Shown piece after piece: positions 19,220 to 29,742 of a stretch of 64,000 bases of DNA (its first letter is position 1; every line of letters begins with the position of its first letter). Source of the stretch: Phycisphaerae bacterium (lineage in GTDB: Bacteria > Planctomycetota > Phycisphaerae > UBA1845 > Fen-1342); contig JASFQK010000015.1 in assembly GCA_050115495.1 (NCBI GenBank), positions 64,001 through 128,000 of the forward strand, given 5' to 3'. The notes beneath the pieces were generated by a model. It saw only the letters and a list, made by a program, of their open reading frames with translations, made no database searches and was not told the DNA's origin. The translations under genes were made by a program, and so were the position numbers.

Positions 19220-21598
19220 ATGCGCGCCCTCACGCGAAAACTCGGACGCGAGCTCTGGCACAACGCCGGCACCATGCTGAGCGTCGTCGCCATCATCGCC
19301 ATCGGCACCGGCTGCTTCATCGGCATGAGCTCGGCGGTGCGCATCCTGTCGGTCAGCCAGGCGGCGTACTATCGCGCGTACCGCTTCGCCGATTTCTGGG
19401 TCACGGTGAAGAAGGCGCCGCTGACCGCCGTCGAGCAACTGGCCGAGATCGACGGCATCGAGGAATGGCAAGCACGGATCGTCTTCGACGTCATCCTCAA
19501 CGTCCCCGGCGAAACGCGGCCGCTGACCGGCCGGCTCATCTCGATGCCCGTCCGCAACGGCCGCCGACCGCTCAACGACATGTGCCTCATCCGCGGCACG
19601 AGCTTCTCCGACGACCGCAGCGAAGAGGTCATCCTCAGCGAGGCCTTCGCCCGCGAGCACGACCTGAGCCCCGGCGACCATGTCGAACTCATCCTCAACC
19701 GCAAGCGCGAGTCGTTCGTCATCGTCGGCACGGCCATCAGCCCCGAGTACGTGTACATGGTTCGCGGCGAGGGCGATCTCATCCCCGACCCGAAGCACTT
19801 CGGCATTCTGTACCTGCCGGAGGCGTACGCCCGCGACGTGCTCGATTTCCGCGACGCCTGCAACCAGGTCACCGGCCGTTTCGTCCCCGGTGCCGAGAAG
19901 CGGGCCGACGCCATCCTCAATCGCGTCGAACGCGTACTCGACCCCTACGGCGTACTGGCCACGACGCCCCGTGAGCGCCACGCCTCGCACCGCTTCCTCA
20001 CCGACGAGATCCGCGGCGGCCGCGTCACGTCAAAGATGATCCCGGCGATCTTCCTCGCCGTGGCCGCCCTGGTGCTCAACGTCCTCATGAGCCGGCTCGC
20101 CGAGCGGCAGCGCACCACCATCGGCACGCTCAAAGCCGTCGGCTACTCCGACCGTGGCATCCTGTGGCACTTCATGGGTTTCGGCCTCGTGGTCGGAATC
20201 GCCGGCGGCGTGGCCGGCAACATCCTCGGCATCGGCTTGGCCAGTGCCATGGTCGAAATGTACAAGGGGTTCTACCAGTTCCCCTCGTTCGTCTACGAGG
20301 TCTACCCCGACCTGCTGCTGATCGGCATGCTCATCAGCGTCTCCTTCGCCGTCGCCGGCACCGCCAAGGGCGTCTGGACCGTGCTGCACCTCCAGCCGGC
20401 GGAGGCCATGCGGGCCAAGCCGCCGGAGCGCGGCGGAGCCATTCTGCTCGAACGCCTGCCGTGGCTCTGGTCGCGCCTCGGCTTCCGCTCGCAACTCGCC
20501 CTGCGCAACCTCATGCGCAACCGCACCCGCACCATCACGGGCGTTCTCTCCACAGCGCTGGCCACTGCCCTCATCGCCTCGTCGCTCATCATGCACGATT
20601 CGATGTGGTTCCTGGTCGACTTCCAGTTCGACCGCCTCACGCACAGCGACGTCGACCTCGGCCTGCACGACGAGCAGTCCGCGGCCGTCCTGAACGAGGC
20701 TCGCGAACTGCCAGGGGTGGATTACGCCGAACCGATGCTCTCCGTCGTCTGCGACCTGCGCCACGGACCGTGCAACCGCCGACTGGGCGTCACCGGCCTG
20801 GCCGCGACGCGCCGGCTGACCACACCGCTGCAAGCGGATCTCCAGCCCATCAAGATTCCGGAGCGCGGCCTGGTGCTGACCCGCAAGCTCGCCGAACTGC
20901 TGGACGCCAACCCCGGCGACCACCTCGAACTCACACCCGTACGCGGCCGCCGCGACACCGTCGACGTCTACGTCGCTTCCGTCGTCGACAGCTACATCGG
21001 TCTTAGCTGCTACGCCAATCTCGACTATCTCAGCAGCCTGGTCGGCGAGTCCCGGGCCGTGAACGGGCTGCAACTGCTGGTCAATCCGGCGGAGACAGCC
21101 GCCCTCTTCCACAGCATCAAAGACCTGCCCGCCGCCCAGGGACTCAGCGTGCGCAGCGACGTGCGGGCCAGCATCGAGGACACGCTGGTCCATACCATGA
21201 CGGCGACGATCGGCATCATCATCGTCTTCGCCGGCATGATCGCTTTCGGCAGCATCCTGAATAACTCGCTGGTGGACATCGGCGACCAGTTGCGCGATAT
21301 CTCGACGTTCCGCGTGCTCGGCTACGGTCCGCGGCAGATCGCCGGGATCTTCTTCCGACAGGCCATGTTCACGTTTGTGCTCGGCGTAGCGCTGGCCGCG
21401 CCGCTGACGTGGGGTCTGAGCCAGTTCTGGTCGGCGGCGATGGATACCGAGCTGTTCCGCATCCACATCGCGTTCCGCCTCCCGGTTCTCGCACAGGCCC
21501 TGCTGGCCGTGGTCGCGTTCGTGCTGCTGGCGCAGGTGCTCGTCTACCGGCAAATCCGCCGACTCGACTGGCTCGAGGGAATCAAGGTTAAAGAGTAG
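19220..21598 (+). CDS. FtsX/MacB-family ABC permease (duplicated)
   Basis: Two periplasmic+TM repeats; [10 protein letters not shown] and [10 protein letters not shown] motifs. Confidence 0.9.
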   Translation: MRALTRKLGRELWHNAGTMLSVVAIIAIGTGCFIGMSSAVRILSVSQAAYYRAYRFADFWVTVKKAPLTAVEQLAEIDGIEEWQARIVFDVILNVPGETRPLTGRLISMPVRNGRRPLNDMCLIRGTSFSDDRSEEVILSEAFAREHDLSPGDHVELILNRKRESFVIVGTAISPEYVYMVRGEGDLIPDPKHFGILYLPEAYARDVLDFRDACNQVTGRFVPGAEKRADAILNRVERVLDPYGVLATTPRERHASHRFLTDEIRGGRVTSKMIPAIFLAVAALVLNVLMSRLAERQRTTIGTLKAVGYSDRGILWHFMGFGLVVGIAGGVAGNILGIGLASAMVEMYKGFYQFPSFVYEVYPDLLLIGMLISVSFAVAGTAKGVWTVLHLQPAEAMRAKPPERGGAILLERLPWLWSRLGFRSQLALRNLMRNRTRTITGVLSTALATALIASSLIMHDSMWFLVDFQFDRLTHSDVDLGLHDEQSAAVLNEARELPGVDYAEPMLSVVCDLRHGPCNRRLGVTGLAATRRLTTPLQADLQPIKIPERGLVLTRKLAELLDANPGDHLELTPVRGRRDTVDVYVASVVDSYIGLSCYANLDYLSSLVGESRAVNGLQLLVNPAETAALFHSIKDLPAAQGLSVRSDVRASIEDTLVHTMTATIGIIIVFAGMIAFGSILNNSLVDIGDQLRDISTFRVLGYGPRQIAGIFFRQAMFTFVLGVALAAPLTWGLSQFWSAAMDTELFRIHIAFRLPVLAQALLAVVAFVLLAQVLVYRQIRRLDWLEGIKVKE

Positions 21599-21609
21599 AG
21601 GCCACTACC

Positions 21610-22938
21610 ATGAAAAAGGCCGGTCTGATCGTACTGCTCATCGTCATCGCCGCCCTGGTCATCTGGCAGGTCTGGCGGCCCGCCATGACCGTCGAGGTGC
21701 TCCGCCCGCAGACGACCACGTTGCGGGCGTACGTCGAGGAGCAGGCCGTAACGGAGTTGCCGCACGACTACCTGGTCTCGATGCCGATCGACGGCTGGCT
21801 GGAGCGCATCGATCTGCGCGAAGGCGACGCCGTCCGCGCCGACGAGACGGTCGCCCGGCTGGAAACGGACGACCTCCAGGACCGGGCGCGGCAGGCCGAG
21901 CAGCGCATCGCCGTGCTGGAAACGAAGCTGCGCGAGATCGCCGACCACCGGCTCGAAGAGAACGCGCTCATCGAGACGCGGGCGACGGTGAAGGCCCTGG
22001 ACGAGACGGTTCAGGCGGCCGAGGCCAAGCTGGAAGCCGCCCTGGCCGTCGTGGAGTTCACGCAATCAGAGGTCGAGCGGCTGCGCCCGCTGCTGGAGAC
22101 GGGCGGGGCTGCGGCGCGTGAGGTGCGCGAGGCCGAAACCGAGTGGCGCAAGGCCCGGGCCGAATACCAGGGCGATCTGCTCCAGCTTGCCGCGCTGAAG
22201 ACGGTGAACCGCATCAGCTACATCGGGCCGAAGTTCATCGAGGACTACATCGACCGCAAGTCGTTTCAGACGCAGACGCAGGAAAAGCTGCTGACGGAGG
22301 CGCAGGCGGAGCTCGAGATCGCCAATCGCAACCTGGCCCGCGCCGAAGTCTGTTGCCCCATCGACGGCGTCGTGCTCGCCCGGCACCAGACCCGCCGGCA
22401 GTTCCTCCCCGCCGGCACCCCCCTGCTCACCGTCGGACGCCTGGAGGAAATGGAGGTCGTCGCCGAGATCCTCACCGAACGCGCCACGCAGCTCACTCCC
22501 GGCGACCCAGTGGAGATCTACGGGCGGGCCGTCGGCGACAAGCCGCTCTCCGGTCACGTGCTGCGCGTCTATCCGGCCGGCTTCACCAAGATCAGCTCGC
22601 TGGGCGTCGAGCAGCAGCGCGTGGAGGTGGCGGTGAGTCTCGATGAGCGGCCGCCGGCGCTGGGTATTGGCTTTCGCGTGCACGTCCGCATTTTCTACGA
22701 TGAGGCGGCCGATGCGTTGACGCTGCCGCGCACAGCGCTGTTCCGCGGCCCGCAGGGCGAGTGGCAGGTGATGATCGTGCAGGATGGCCACACGGTGCTG
22801 CGTACGGTCACGGTGGGCCTGACCAACGACGAGTTCGCCCAGATCAGCGAGGGCCTGAGCGCAACGGACCTCATCGTGGCCCATCCGGCGCGGGAGATCG
22901 TCGCCGGCCTACGCGTCCGCACGACCGGCGGCGAGTAG
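21610..22938 (+). CDS. HlyD/MacA-family periplasmic adaptor
   Basis: N-terminal TM, lipoyl halves (SMPIDG, CPIDGVV), coiled coil, GFTKISSLGVEQQRV. Confidence 0.9.
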   Translation: MKKAGLIVLLIVIAALVIWQVWRPAMTVEVLRPQTTTLRAYVEEQAVTELPHDYLVSMPIDGWLERIDLREGDAVRADETVARLETDDLQDRARQAEQRIAVLETKLREIADHRLEENALIETRATVKALDETVQAAEAKLEAALAVVEFTQSEVERLRPLLETGGAAAREVREAETEWRKARAEYQGDLLQLAALKTVNRISYIGPKFIEDYIDRKSFQTQTQEKLLTEAQAELEIANRNLARAEVCCPIDGVVLARHQTRRQFLPAGTPLLTVGRLEEMEVVAEILTERATQLTPGDPVEIYGRAVGDKPLSGHVLRVYPAGFTKISSLGVEQQRVEVAVSLDERPPALGIGFRVHVRIFYDEAADALTLPRTALFRGPQGEWQVMIVQDGHTVLRTVTVGLTNDEFAQISEGLSATDLIVAHPAREIVAGLRVRTTGGE

Positions 22939-22955
22939 ACGACCGAGGCCGGGCG

Positions 22956-23333
22956 ATGTTCGAGCTCGATGAATCCCGCCGCGATGCGCTGCTGGAGCGC
23001 TGGGCCCGCCGGCTGGTGGACCGCGGGCTGGCGGCGCCGGCGGTGTTTCTGCTTGAGGCGCACAAGCCGCTGGCCGGGCTGTCGGCGCAGGCGCTGATCG
23101 CGTTTCGACCGCTGCTGACGCCGCTGGTGCCATTGGACGTCGGCGAACTGGCGGCGTTCATGCGCGACGTGGACAACATCGAGCGGCTGCTTCGCCGAAT
23201 CGAGGAGCTGGAGGACCGGCGAACGGCGCGGCAGGTCATTCGCGGGCGCCGGGCGACCGAGGCTCGGCGACGCCTGCGCCGCATCCGCCGGTGGCAGCGC
23301 GACCGCCGGCCAGGTGGGGCAGGGCGGGCGTGA
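22956..23333 (+). CDS. Conserved-looking hypothetical protein
   Basis: Follows the adaptor gene; GLAAPAVFLLEAHKPL..DNIERLLRRIEELE. Confidence 0.65.
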   Translation: MFELDESRRDALLERWARRLVDRGLAAPAVFLLEAHKPLAGLSAQALIAFRPLLTPLVPLDVGELAAFMRDVDNIERLLRRIEELEDRRTARQVIRGRRATEARRRLRRIRRWQRDRRPGGAGRA

Positions 23334-23341
23334 AGGTACCC

Positions 23342-23896
23342 CTACTCCTTCGTGAACTGCACGCCGACGTGATACTTGCGGGCCGAGACGTACGTGCAGT
23401 GCCGGACGACGGCGACGAGGCAGGGCCGATCGGGGAGCGTCTCGAAGACCGCCCAGACGCGCGTGCCGACATGGACCAGCCGCGCTGACAGAAAGGCGAA
23501 GCCGCCGGAAGAGATGTTCAGCGTGATGACGTCCATCTCCTCCCAGCGCGGGCCGAGCGGCGTGACGTCCTCATACAGCACACGCATCTGCGTGGGCCAG
23601 GGATAGCGCCGGTGGCGGCGCGACTCCACACGGCCAACTGCCGACGGCCGTTCGGCCTCGGCCGCCCCGGCCGCGACCGCCAGCACTTGAGCTACCGGGG
23701 GACCCTCATCCGGCCAATCGGGGCCGGCGTACAGCTCGTCCACCCCCTCGCCCTGGAGAGCGTTGATGTCGGACTCGGTGACCGTCTGGCCACGGGACAG
23801 AACGACGCGTCCCTCTCTGTCCACTACATGGCCGGGGAGTGGGTCCCCCGCAACAAGCGACGCAGGGTCCACTCTCCGACGTTCGCTGTTGCTCAT
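23342..23896 (-). CDS. PilZ-domain (c-di-GMP receptor) protein
   Basis: ESRRHRRY (RxxxR), NISSGG (D/NxSxxG), C-terminal GVQF; N-terminal region resembles the HD-GYP N-terminal domain. Confidence 0.8.
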   Translation of the reverse strand: MSNSERRRVDPASLVAGDPLPGHVVDREGRVVLSRGQTVTESDINALQGEGVDELYAGPDWPDEGPPVAQVLAVAAGAAEAERPSAVGRVESRRHRRYPWPTQMRVLYEDVTPLGPRWEEMDVITLNISSGGFAFLSARLVHVGTRVWAVFETLPDRPCLVAVVRHCTYVSARKYHVGVQFTKE

Positions 23897-24121
23897 GCGT
23901 CACTGCCTGTCGCTCGCATCACCGTCCGTCCTACAAGTCGACGGACCCGCCCCTACGGCCCAGACTACGGACGTACCGCGTCTGGCTAGCAACATAGATC
24001 GTGTGTTTTCAGCAGGCACTTTCTGTATGGCGCTGCATTACCGCGCAATGACGACAGGGGTGGTCCGTGAGCGTTACCGGATCAGCGTGCCTGTGGCGCC
24101 CCTCGCCGCGCGTGATGCTGT

Positions 24122-26026
24122 TTAACCCCACAGCTTCCCCAGCCAGTCCTCGATCAGAAAGCCGATCCGCGGCGCCAGCCAGGACAGGCGCGTGTTCACC
24201 GTGTTGCCGAACATGGCCCCGAAACCGATCATCATCGCCATGCGCCCCGCGCTGATCGTCCCCCGCCCCACCGCCGACCGCGGGCGGAAGATAAACACGA
24301 AATACGCCAGGGATAGCACCGCCACCGCGACGAATACCAGATGTTCGAGCCTCGCCGGATCGAACGTGGTAACCCCCGTTTGCGTGTCGGTTACCCACGG
24401 CCAGACCGGCTGAATAGTGTCCAGAATCTGCGGAATAACCAGATTGGGCTGGTTCTCGAACTCGGGGCCGATCATCAGGCCAATAAACGCGGCCACCACA
24501 AGCTGGTTCAACCAGCGATAGCGCTTCGAATAGGCGAAATACCAAAGCGCTCCCGGAACCAGCAGCAGCAGCCATAGAGCGTTTGTCCAGTGCCGGGCGC
24601 CGGTGAAGCCGCCGAGCATCGGTTCGATCCAATCCGGACGCAGAATCTCGTTGACCTGGTCCAGCAGGTACGCCAGTGCCCCGCCGATGATGATGGCCTC
24701 GATGAACCGGTAGAAGCGATTGTCGCCGAGCAGGAACGCGAATACGCCCAGCGTCAGGAACGCCATGATGAACTCGCCGATGCGCGACTCGATCATCTGG
24801 GCATAGCGGCGGTCAGCTTCGAGGCGGGCGACGGTGGCGAGCGCGGGCACGGACGACTCGGCGGCGACGGCCTGCACTTCGGCGAGCAGGTCGTCGCGTC
24901 CCACGCGTTCATAGCGCGGATAACTGCGCCCCGGCTCGTCGTCCGGACGCGCCACGCGCAGCCGGGCGAACTTGTCGTCCGCGTTGTGGCGCCACACTTC
25001 TCCGAGAACGCTCCCGCCGTAAAACAGGACAAAGGCACCGAACAACGTCCACATGAACCAGCGCGGCAGCGGCGGGAGCGGCGGGCGCAGCTTGCGCGGG
25101 TCGAGGCGCGGCAATCGCCCGCTGCGTTCGGCCCAGCGTGTGGTCAGCAAGGCGACATTGCCGACGAGCACGAGCAGCAACAGAAGCGACTTCCCGAGGC
25201 TCATCGAGTTGTCGATGGGCCGGGTCATGGGCTCGTCGGGGTCGAGGAGGCTGCGGTATTCGGTAGCGGCGCGGGCCGAGTTCAGCAGGCCGAATAGCTG
25301 GTTGGATTTGACGTAGGGATAGAGGCGATTGGCTTCGATGCCGAGCGTAGCGGGCCCGATAAGCAGCGACGGGAACTCGCCGCGGACGAGGCCGGCGATA
25401 TAGCGGCTCTCGTCGCCGGCGGAGCAGGTGATCACGGCTGACACGTCGGCCAGGCCGTGGAAGCGGGCGAGCAGCGGGTAGCTGGCGTCGTCGAGCAGGT
25501 CTTTGTCGTTGACGTAGTCGCGGCCGAAGATCTCGCGCGGGCGAGTGATGATCGAGCGGGCCTGCGAGGCGAAGACGGGGGCGTTGGTATAGCCGAAGTC
25601 GAGGTAGTCCTCGCCGTAGACCCAGGTCGGGATCGGTTCGCCGCGGCGCCAGGCACGCTGGACCTCGTCCTCGCGGGCACGCTCGAAGGCGGCCATGGCA
25701 GCGTCGTGGAACTCCGGCGGACCCATCGAGCAGATGAAGATGAACTTCAGCCGGCGGCGGAGCAGGTGGCGGACGAGCACGTTGAATTGCGGCTCGTTCT
25801 CGCCGGACGTGCCGGGGCCCCAGTTGGTCAGGAAAAGAACGACCTTGTCGCGCTCGACCGGATCGGCGGCGATGCGCTCGATCTGGTCGTAGAACTTCTG
25901 CGTATAGGTGTCCGGGTGGATCGGCAGACTGTACGTCACCACGAACGGCACGCTCAGCACGGCCACCAGCAACAGATAGACGAGCCGGCGGTCGGCCGAT
26001 TGCAGCCAGCGGACAACGCGCAACAC
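24122..26026 (-). CDS. Two-module membrane protein of the DUF6754-like operon
   Basis: N-half: TM + soluble domain + TM. C-half: about 6 TM starting FLTLGVFAFLLGDNRFYRFIE. Confidence 0.75.
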   Translation of the reverse strand: MLRVVRWLQSADRRLVYLLLVAVLSVPFVVTYSLPIHPDTYTQKFYDQIERIAADPVERDKVVLFLTNWGPGTSGENEPQFNVLVRHLLRRRLKFIFICSMGPPEFHDAAMAAFERAREDEVQRAWRRGEPIPTWVYGEDYLDFGYTNAPVFASQARSIITRPREIFGRDYVNDKDLLDDASYPLLARFHGLADVSAVITCSAGDESRYIAGLVRGEFPSLLIGPATLGIEANRLYPYVKSNQLFGLLNSARAATEYRSLLDPDEPMTRPIDNSMSLGKSLLLLLVLVGNVALLTTRWAERSGRLPRLDPRKLRPPLPPLPRWFMWTLFGAFVLFYGGSVLGEVWRHNADDKFARLRVARPDDEPGRSYPRYERVGRDDLLAEVQAVAAESSVPALATVARLEADRRYAQMIESRIGEFIMAFLTLGVFAFLLGDNRFYRFIEAIIIGGALAYLLDQVNEILRPDWIEPMLGGFTGARHWTNALWLLLLVPGALWYFAYSKRYRWLNQLVVAAFIGLMIGPEFENQPNLVIPQILDTIQPVWPWVTDTQTGVTTFDPARLEHLVFVAVAVLSLAYFVFIFRPRSAVGRGTISAGRMAMMIGFGAMFGNTVNTRLSWLAPRIGFLIEDWLGKLWG

Positions 26027-26028
26027 GG

Positions 26029-26883
26029 CTAGTCCCCTCCCCGGGCCGGCTCGGTCAGCCCACGTTCGAGTCCCAGCAGCACGCGCAAGCCCATGGCCAC
26101 GACGGCGACGGCGATACCGATCTCCAGCCCCCGCTGCATGCCCGAATTCAGCACGCGGTTGTCGATGTCGGCCCAGTACGGCAGATCGACCACGTCGTGC
26201 CCACCAAAGACCGTGTTCACGGCGGCACTGAGCCAGCCGCCGAGCGGGTCACTGCCGAGGATCACGACGGCCGCCGAGAGCATCATGACGGTCGCTTCGA
26301 GCGAGCGGATGCGGAAGGCGCGGTAGGCGGCGTAGGTGATGTAGAAGCCGAGCAGCGACATGACCGTCGCGGCCAGCGGGCTGATGAAGTTGTTCAGGTA
26401 GAAGGTGCGTGGCTCAAAGCGATACGTGGCGTCGTATTCGTAGCAGCGGTTGACCAGGCGCAGCTCTTCGGGGCTGAGCGTGCCGAGCAGCCGGTCGCGC
26501 TCGACGGGATCGTCCGTCTCGAAGGCAGCGCGGTAGGTGGCCAACGGACCGGTGGCCTCGGCCTTGAGGGCGCGGCCCTGAGCGTTGAGGTGGTACTCCC
26601 AAAGCAGAAACGTCGTCACGGTGAAGAACGTCACGAAGACGACGATGGAGAAGGGCCACTCCTTTCGGCGGGCCAGGATATTGGCGCCGTGGACCCAGAA
26701 AAGGTTCACGATGCCCAGGCCGACGGCCATGGTGGCGACGACGTTGATGCTCAGCGACAGGCCGGTGCGGACGTCGGTGAGGTGCAGGGCGCGGCCGAGG
26801 CCGGTCTCATCACCGACGAAAAAGGCGAAGATGTAGAAGACGGCCCCCACGATGATCGCCGCCCAGATCAGTCGTTGCCGCAT
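26029..26883 (-). CDS. Polytopic membrane protein of the DUF6754-like operon
   Basis: About 6 TM; SLLGFYITYAAYRAFRIRSLEA, LRVLLGLER. Confidence 0.75.
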   Translation of the reverse strand: MRQRLIWAAIIVGAVFYIFAFFVGDETGLGRALHLTDVRTGLSLSINVVATMAVGLGIVNLFWVHGANILARRKEWPFSIVVFVTFFTVTTFLLWEYHLNAQGRALKAEATGPLATYRAAFETDDPVERDRLLGTLSPEELRLVNRCYEYDATYRFEPRTFYLNNFISPLAATVMSLLGFYITYAAYRAFRIRSLEATVMMLSAAVVILGSDPLGGWLSAAVNTVFGGHDVVDLPYWADIDNRVLNSGMQRGLEIGIAVAVVAMGLRVLLGLERGLTEPARGGD

Positions 26884-26892
26884 GCTGTCCCG

Positions 26893-27801
26893 CTACTGAA
26901 ACGCTTCCCGAAGACGCTGGAGGAACGCCGCCGCCGCCGGCCAGGCGTACAGACCGCAGCCCACGACGATGAGGGCGAGCACACACAGTTTGAAGACGTC
27001 CTGGGCCCCGAGGCTGCCCAGCAGCGGCGGGTCCTGGCTGAGCTTCGCCGAGGCCGCCCAGAATTCCTCGCCGATGAGCGTGTAGTCGCACGAGGCCACG
27101 AAGAACGGCACCTGCGACAGCGTGTCGGTGCCGGCGATCTGCATGGCTTCGAGCGTCTGGCCGGTCTCGGCGAAGAGGAGCGAGTCGGCCTCCCAATAGC
27201 CGAAGTAGAAGCACGCCGCCGGCCGCTCTTCGAGCATCCAGCCCATCGAGCCGATGGCGAAGAAGAACTGGCCGCCGGGATAGAAACGCACGTCCTCGGC
27301 GTGGAAGGAACCGATGGCGCCGGCGTCGATGTAGCCGTCGCGCATGGCGTTGATGTGGACGGGCATCGTCTCGGGATAGCAGCACGGGACGATGAGCCGG
27401 TTGTCGAGCTCGCCGCTGCGGCGGGCCACGTCGCGCAGGAGGGGCATCGCCGCGAAGAGTTGAACACGTTTCAGGTCGCAGGCCCCCCCTACCGTGAACA
27501 GCGTCGGGCGGCCCATCTCGGTTGCGCGGCTGACGGCTTCTTCGATCGCCGCCAGACCGGCGATCTGCCGGCCGGGCAGGACGTGCCCGCGCCAGGCGGC
27601 CCAGATACCGGCCAGCACGCCCGCGGAGACCAGCACCAGCAGCCCGCGCGGCGTCCAGAAGCGCACCGCGGCCCACAAAGCGGCATCGTCGGACGCATCC
27701 TGCCCGAAAGCCGCCGCCGTCGTGAGCAGGACGAGCAGCAACGCGGCACTCCAGCGTGCGTAGTGACGTGTGGTAAAGGCCGAGGGTGCGTCGTGCATCA
27801 C
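26893..27801 (-). CDS. DUF6754-like membrane protein
   Basis: IAGLAAIEEAVSRATEMGRP, ADSLLFAETG, QIAGT, PFFVASCDYTLIGEEFWAASAKLS, GSLGAQD (family recognised from memory). Confidence 0.75.
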   Translation of the reverse strand: MMHDAPSAFTTRHYARWSAALLLVLLTTAAAFGQDASDDAALWAAVRFWTPRGLLVLVSAGVLAGIWAAWRGHVLPGRQIAGLAAIEEAVSRATEMGRPTLFTVGGACDLKRVQLFAAMPLLRDVARRSGELDNRLIVPCCYPETMPVHINAMRDGYIDAGAIGSFHAEDVRFYPGGQFFFAIGSMGWMLEERPAACFYFGYWEADSLLFAETGQTLEAMQIAGTDTLSQVPFFVASCDYTLIGEEFWAASAKLSQDPPLLGSLGAQDVFKLCVLALIVVGCGLYAWPAAAAFLQRLREAFQ

Positions 27802-27953
27802 CTGCGCTCCACCCGGTCGGGCCCCTCGCCAATCAGCTCCGGCCGAGCATCGTCCCCGAAATGACGGCCGCTGTCGACACCCGGGAGCGTCCGGTTAGAG
27901 ACCACGCCGCGCGGGGCCTTCCCGCATGGCGACTACGCTGCGGTAGGGCTGGC

Positions 27954-28022
27954 TTGACGCGGGGCCTGGCGCACGTTATCGTTGTTTGCATAAAGGGATG
28001 TTTTCTATCCCTTTATGCAAAC
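27954..28022 (+). promoter_or_regulatory. AbiE promoter with 16-bp perfect inverted-repeat operator
   Basis: TTGACG-17 bp-TATCGT, then GTTTGCATAAAGGGAT-N7-ATCCCTTTATGCAAAC (27984-28022). Confidence 0.8.
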
Positions 28023-28039
28023 TAACTGGAGCAATAGGA

Positions 28040-28834
28040 ATGGCCGGACTAACCGTGGAGGACTGGGTCGACGCCCGGCAAGCTCGGGGAAAGTACACGT
28101 TCCTCCGCGCCGAAGCGATTGATGGTACCGGGCTCTCGGCCGAGTCCGTCAAGAAGGCCCTTCAACGACTGGCACGGCGGCAGCGCGTCGCGAAGGTCAA
28201 GAACTACTTCTACGTGATTGTGCCGCTTGAGTACCTCCACGCCGGCAGCCCACCTTCCTCGTGGTTCATCGATGACCTGATGAAGGCGATGGACCGGCCG
28301 TACTACGTCGGGCTGCTCAGCGCGGCCGGCATCCACGGCGCTTCCCACCATCAGCCACAGGAATTCCAGGTAATCACGGATCGGCCGGTGCGCCCCTTGC
28401 AGGTCGGCCGTACTCGAATCAGGTTCTTCGCGAGCAAACGCACTGCGAACACCGCCGTGCAAAATGTGAAGACGCCCACCGGCGCCATGCGCGTGTCCAC
28501 GCCGGAAGCAACGGCTTTCGATCTGGTTCGTTTTGCCAAGGCAGCGGGCCAGATGGACAACGTCGCCACTGTCCTGGCGGAACTGGTCCCGCTGCTTGAT
28601 CCGCAGCGGATGTTGAAGGTGGTGCGCACCGGCGGGGACATTCGTAGTGCGCAGCGTCTCGGCTACCTGCTTGAGAAGGTCCGCGGGCGATCGCCGGCGA
28701 AGGCGTTCCATGATTGGCTCAAGCGTCAATCTCCTCGCACCGTGCCCCTGCGGCCGGGACGGGCAGCAGCCGGAGCCGAGGAGGATCGGCGTTGGCACGT
28801 GCTCGTCAGCGAGCCGGTTGACGTGGAATCGTGA
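28040..28834 (+). CDS. abiEi: Type IV TA antitoxin, AbiEi family
   Basis: N-terminal wHTH; YYVGLLSAA..HGA.H; VSTPEATAFDL; QRLGYLLE. Confidence 0.88.
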   Translation: MAGLTVEDWVDARQARGKYTFLRAEAIDGTGLSAESVKKALQRLARRQRVAKVKNYFYVIVPLEYLHAGSPPSSWFIDDLMKAMDRPYYVGLLSAAGIHGASHHQPQEFQVITDRPVRPLQVGRTRIRFFASKRTANTAVQNVKTPTGAMRVSTPEATAFDLVRFAKAAGQMDNVATVLAELVPLLDPQRMLKVVRTGGDIRSAQRLGYLLEKVRGRSPAKAFHDWLKRQSPRTVPLRPGRAAAGAEEDRRWHVLVSEPVDVES

Positions 28835-29703
28835 TTCCGCAGGCACACATCACGGCATGGCGTGCGATCGCCCCGTGGGGCGACGACGCTCAGGTCGAGC
28901 AGGACCTCGTACTCTCGCGGGCGGTTGTCGAGCTGTTCGCCGATGCGGAACTGGCGGAGTTGCTCGCGCTTCGGGGTGGAACGGCCCTCAACAAGCTGTT
29001 CATTCGGCCGGCCTGTCGGTACTCGGAGGACATTGACCTGGTGCAGGTGAAGCCGGGAGCCATCGGCGGCGTGCTCAATGCGATCCGCCGGCGGCTCGAT
29101 CCCTGGCTCGGCCGACCCAAGCGGTCGAGTGGCGAGGCCAGCGTGACCTTGGTCTATCGCTTCGAATCGGAGATACAGCCCGTCCGTCCGCTGCGTCTGA
29201 AGACCGAAATCAACACGCGCGAGCACTTCGCTGTGCTGGAGCACAATCGGCTTCCGCTGCGTGTAGAGAATCCCTGGTTCACCGGCCAGGCCGATGTGAC
29301 CACATACGCGCTCGACGAGTTGATGGGAACGAAGCTCCGCGCACTGTACCAGCGGCGCAAAGGTCGGGATCTCTTCGATCTATGGCTGTGCCTGAATCGG
29401 GGGCTGCTCGACGCGGCGCAGGTGGTGGCCTGTTTCACCGCGTACATGAAGCACGAGGGGCGAACGATCTCGCGCGCCGAGTTTGAGCGCAATCTGTTTG
29501 AGAAGGAGAGCAACCCTGGCTTCCTGGGTGATATCGGCCCGTTACTGGCAGCGGGCGTGAATTACGACGTGAGCGTGGCACTGGCGCTGGTGCGTGACGG
29601 TCTCGTCAGTCGCTTGGAAGGCGACCCGTGGCGGGCGACATCGTCCGAGCCTGACACGGACAGGGGCCGCAGACCCCGCAGAGGCAAGGCGAGGAAGAAG
29701 TAA
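28831..29703 (+). CDS. abiEii: Type IV TA toxin, AbiEii nucleotidyltransferase
   Basis: QVEQDL, RGGTALNK, RYSEDIDL, KLRALYQRRKGRDLFDL; GTGA overlap. Confidence 0.9.
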   Translation: MIPQAHITAWRAIAPWGDDAQVEQDLVLSRAVVELFADAELAELLALRGGTALNKLFIRPACRYSEDIDLVQVKPGAIGGVLNAIRRRLDPWLGRPKRSSGEASVTLVYRFESEIQPVRPLRLKTEINTREHFAVLEHNRLPLRVENPWFTGQADVTTYALDELMGTKLRALYQRRKGRDLFDLWLCLNRGLLDAAQVVACFTAYMKHEGRTISRAEFERNLFEKESNPGFLGDIGPLLAAGVNYDVSVALALVRDGLVSRLEGDPWRATSSEPDTDRGRRPRRGKARKK

Positions 29704-29742
29704 GGAACCACACCGCACGACATACGCCGCTCTGCCAGTGCA

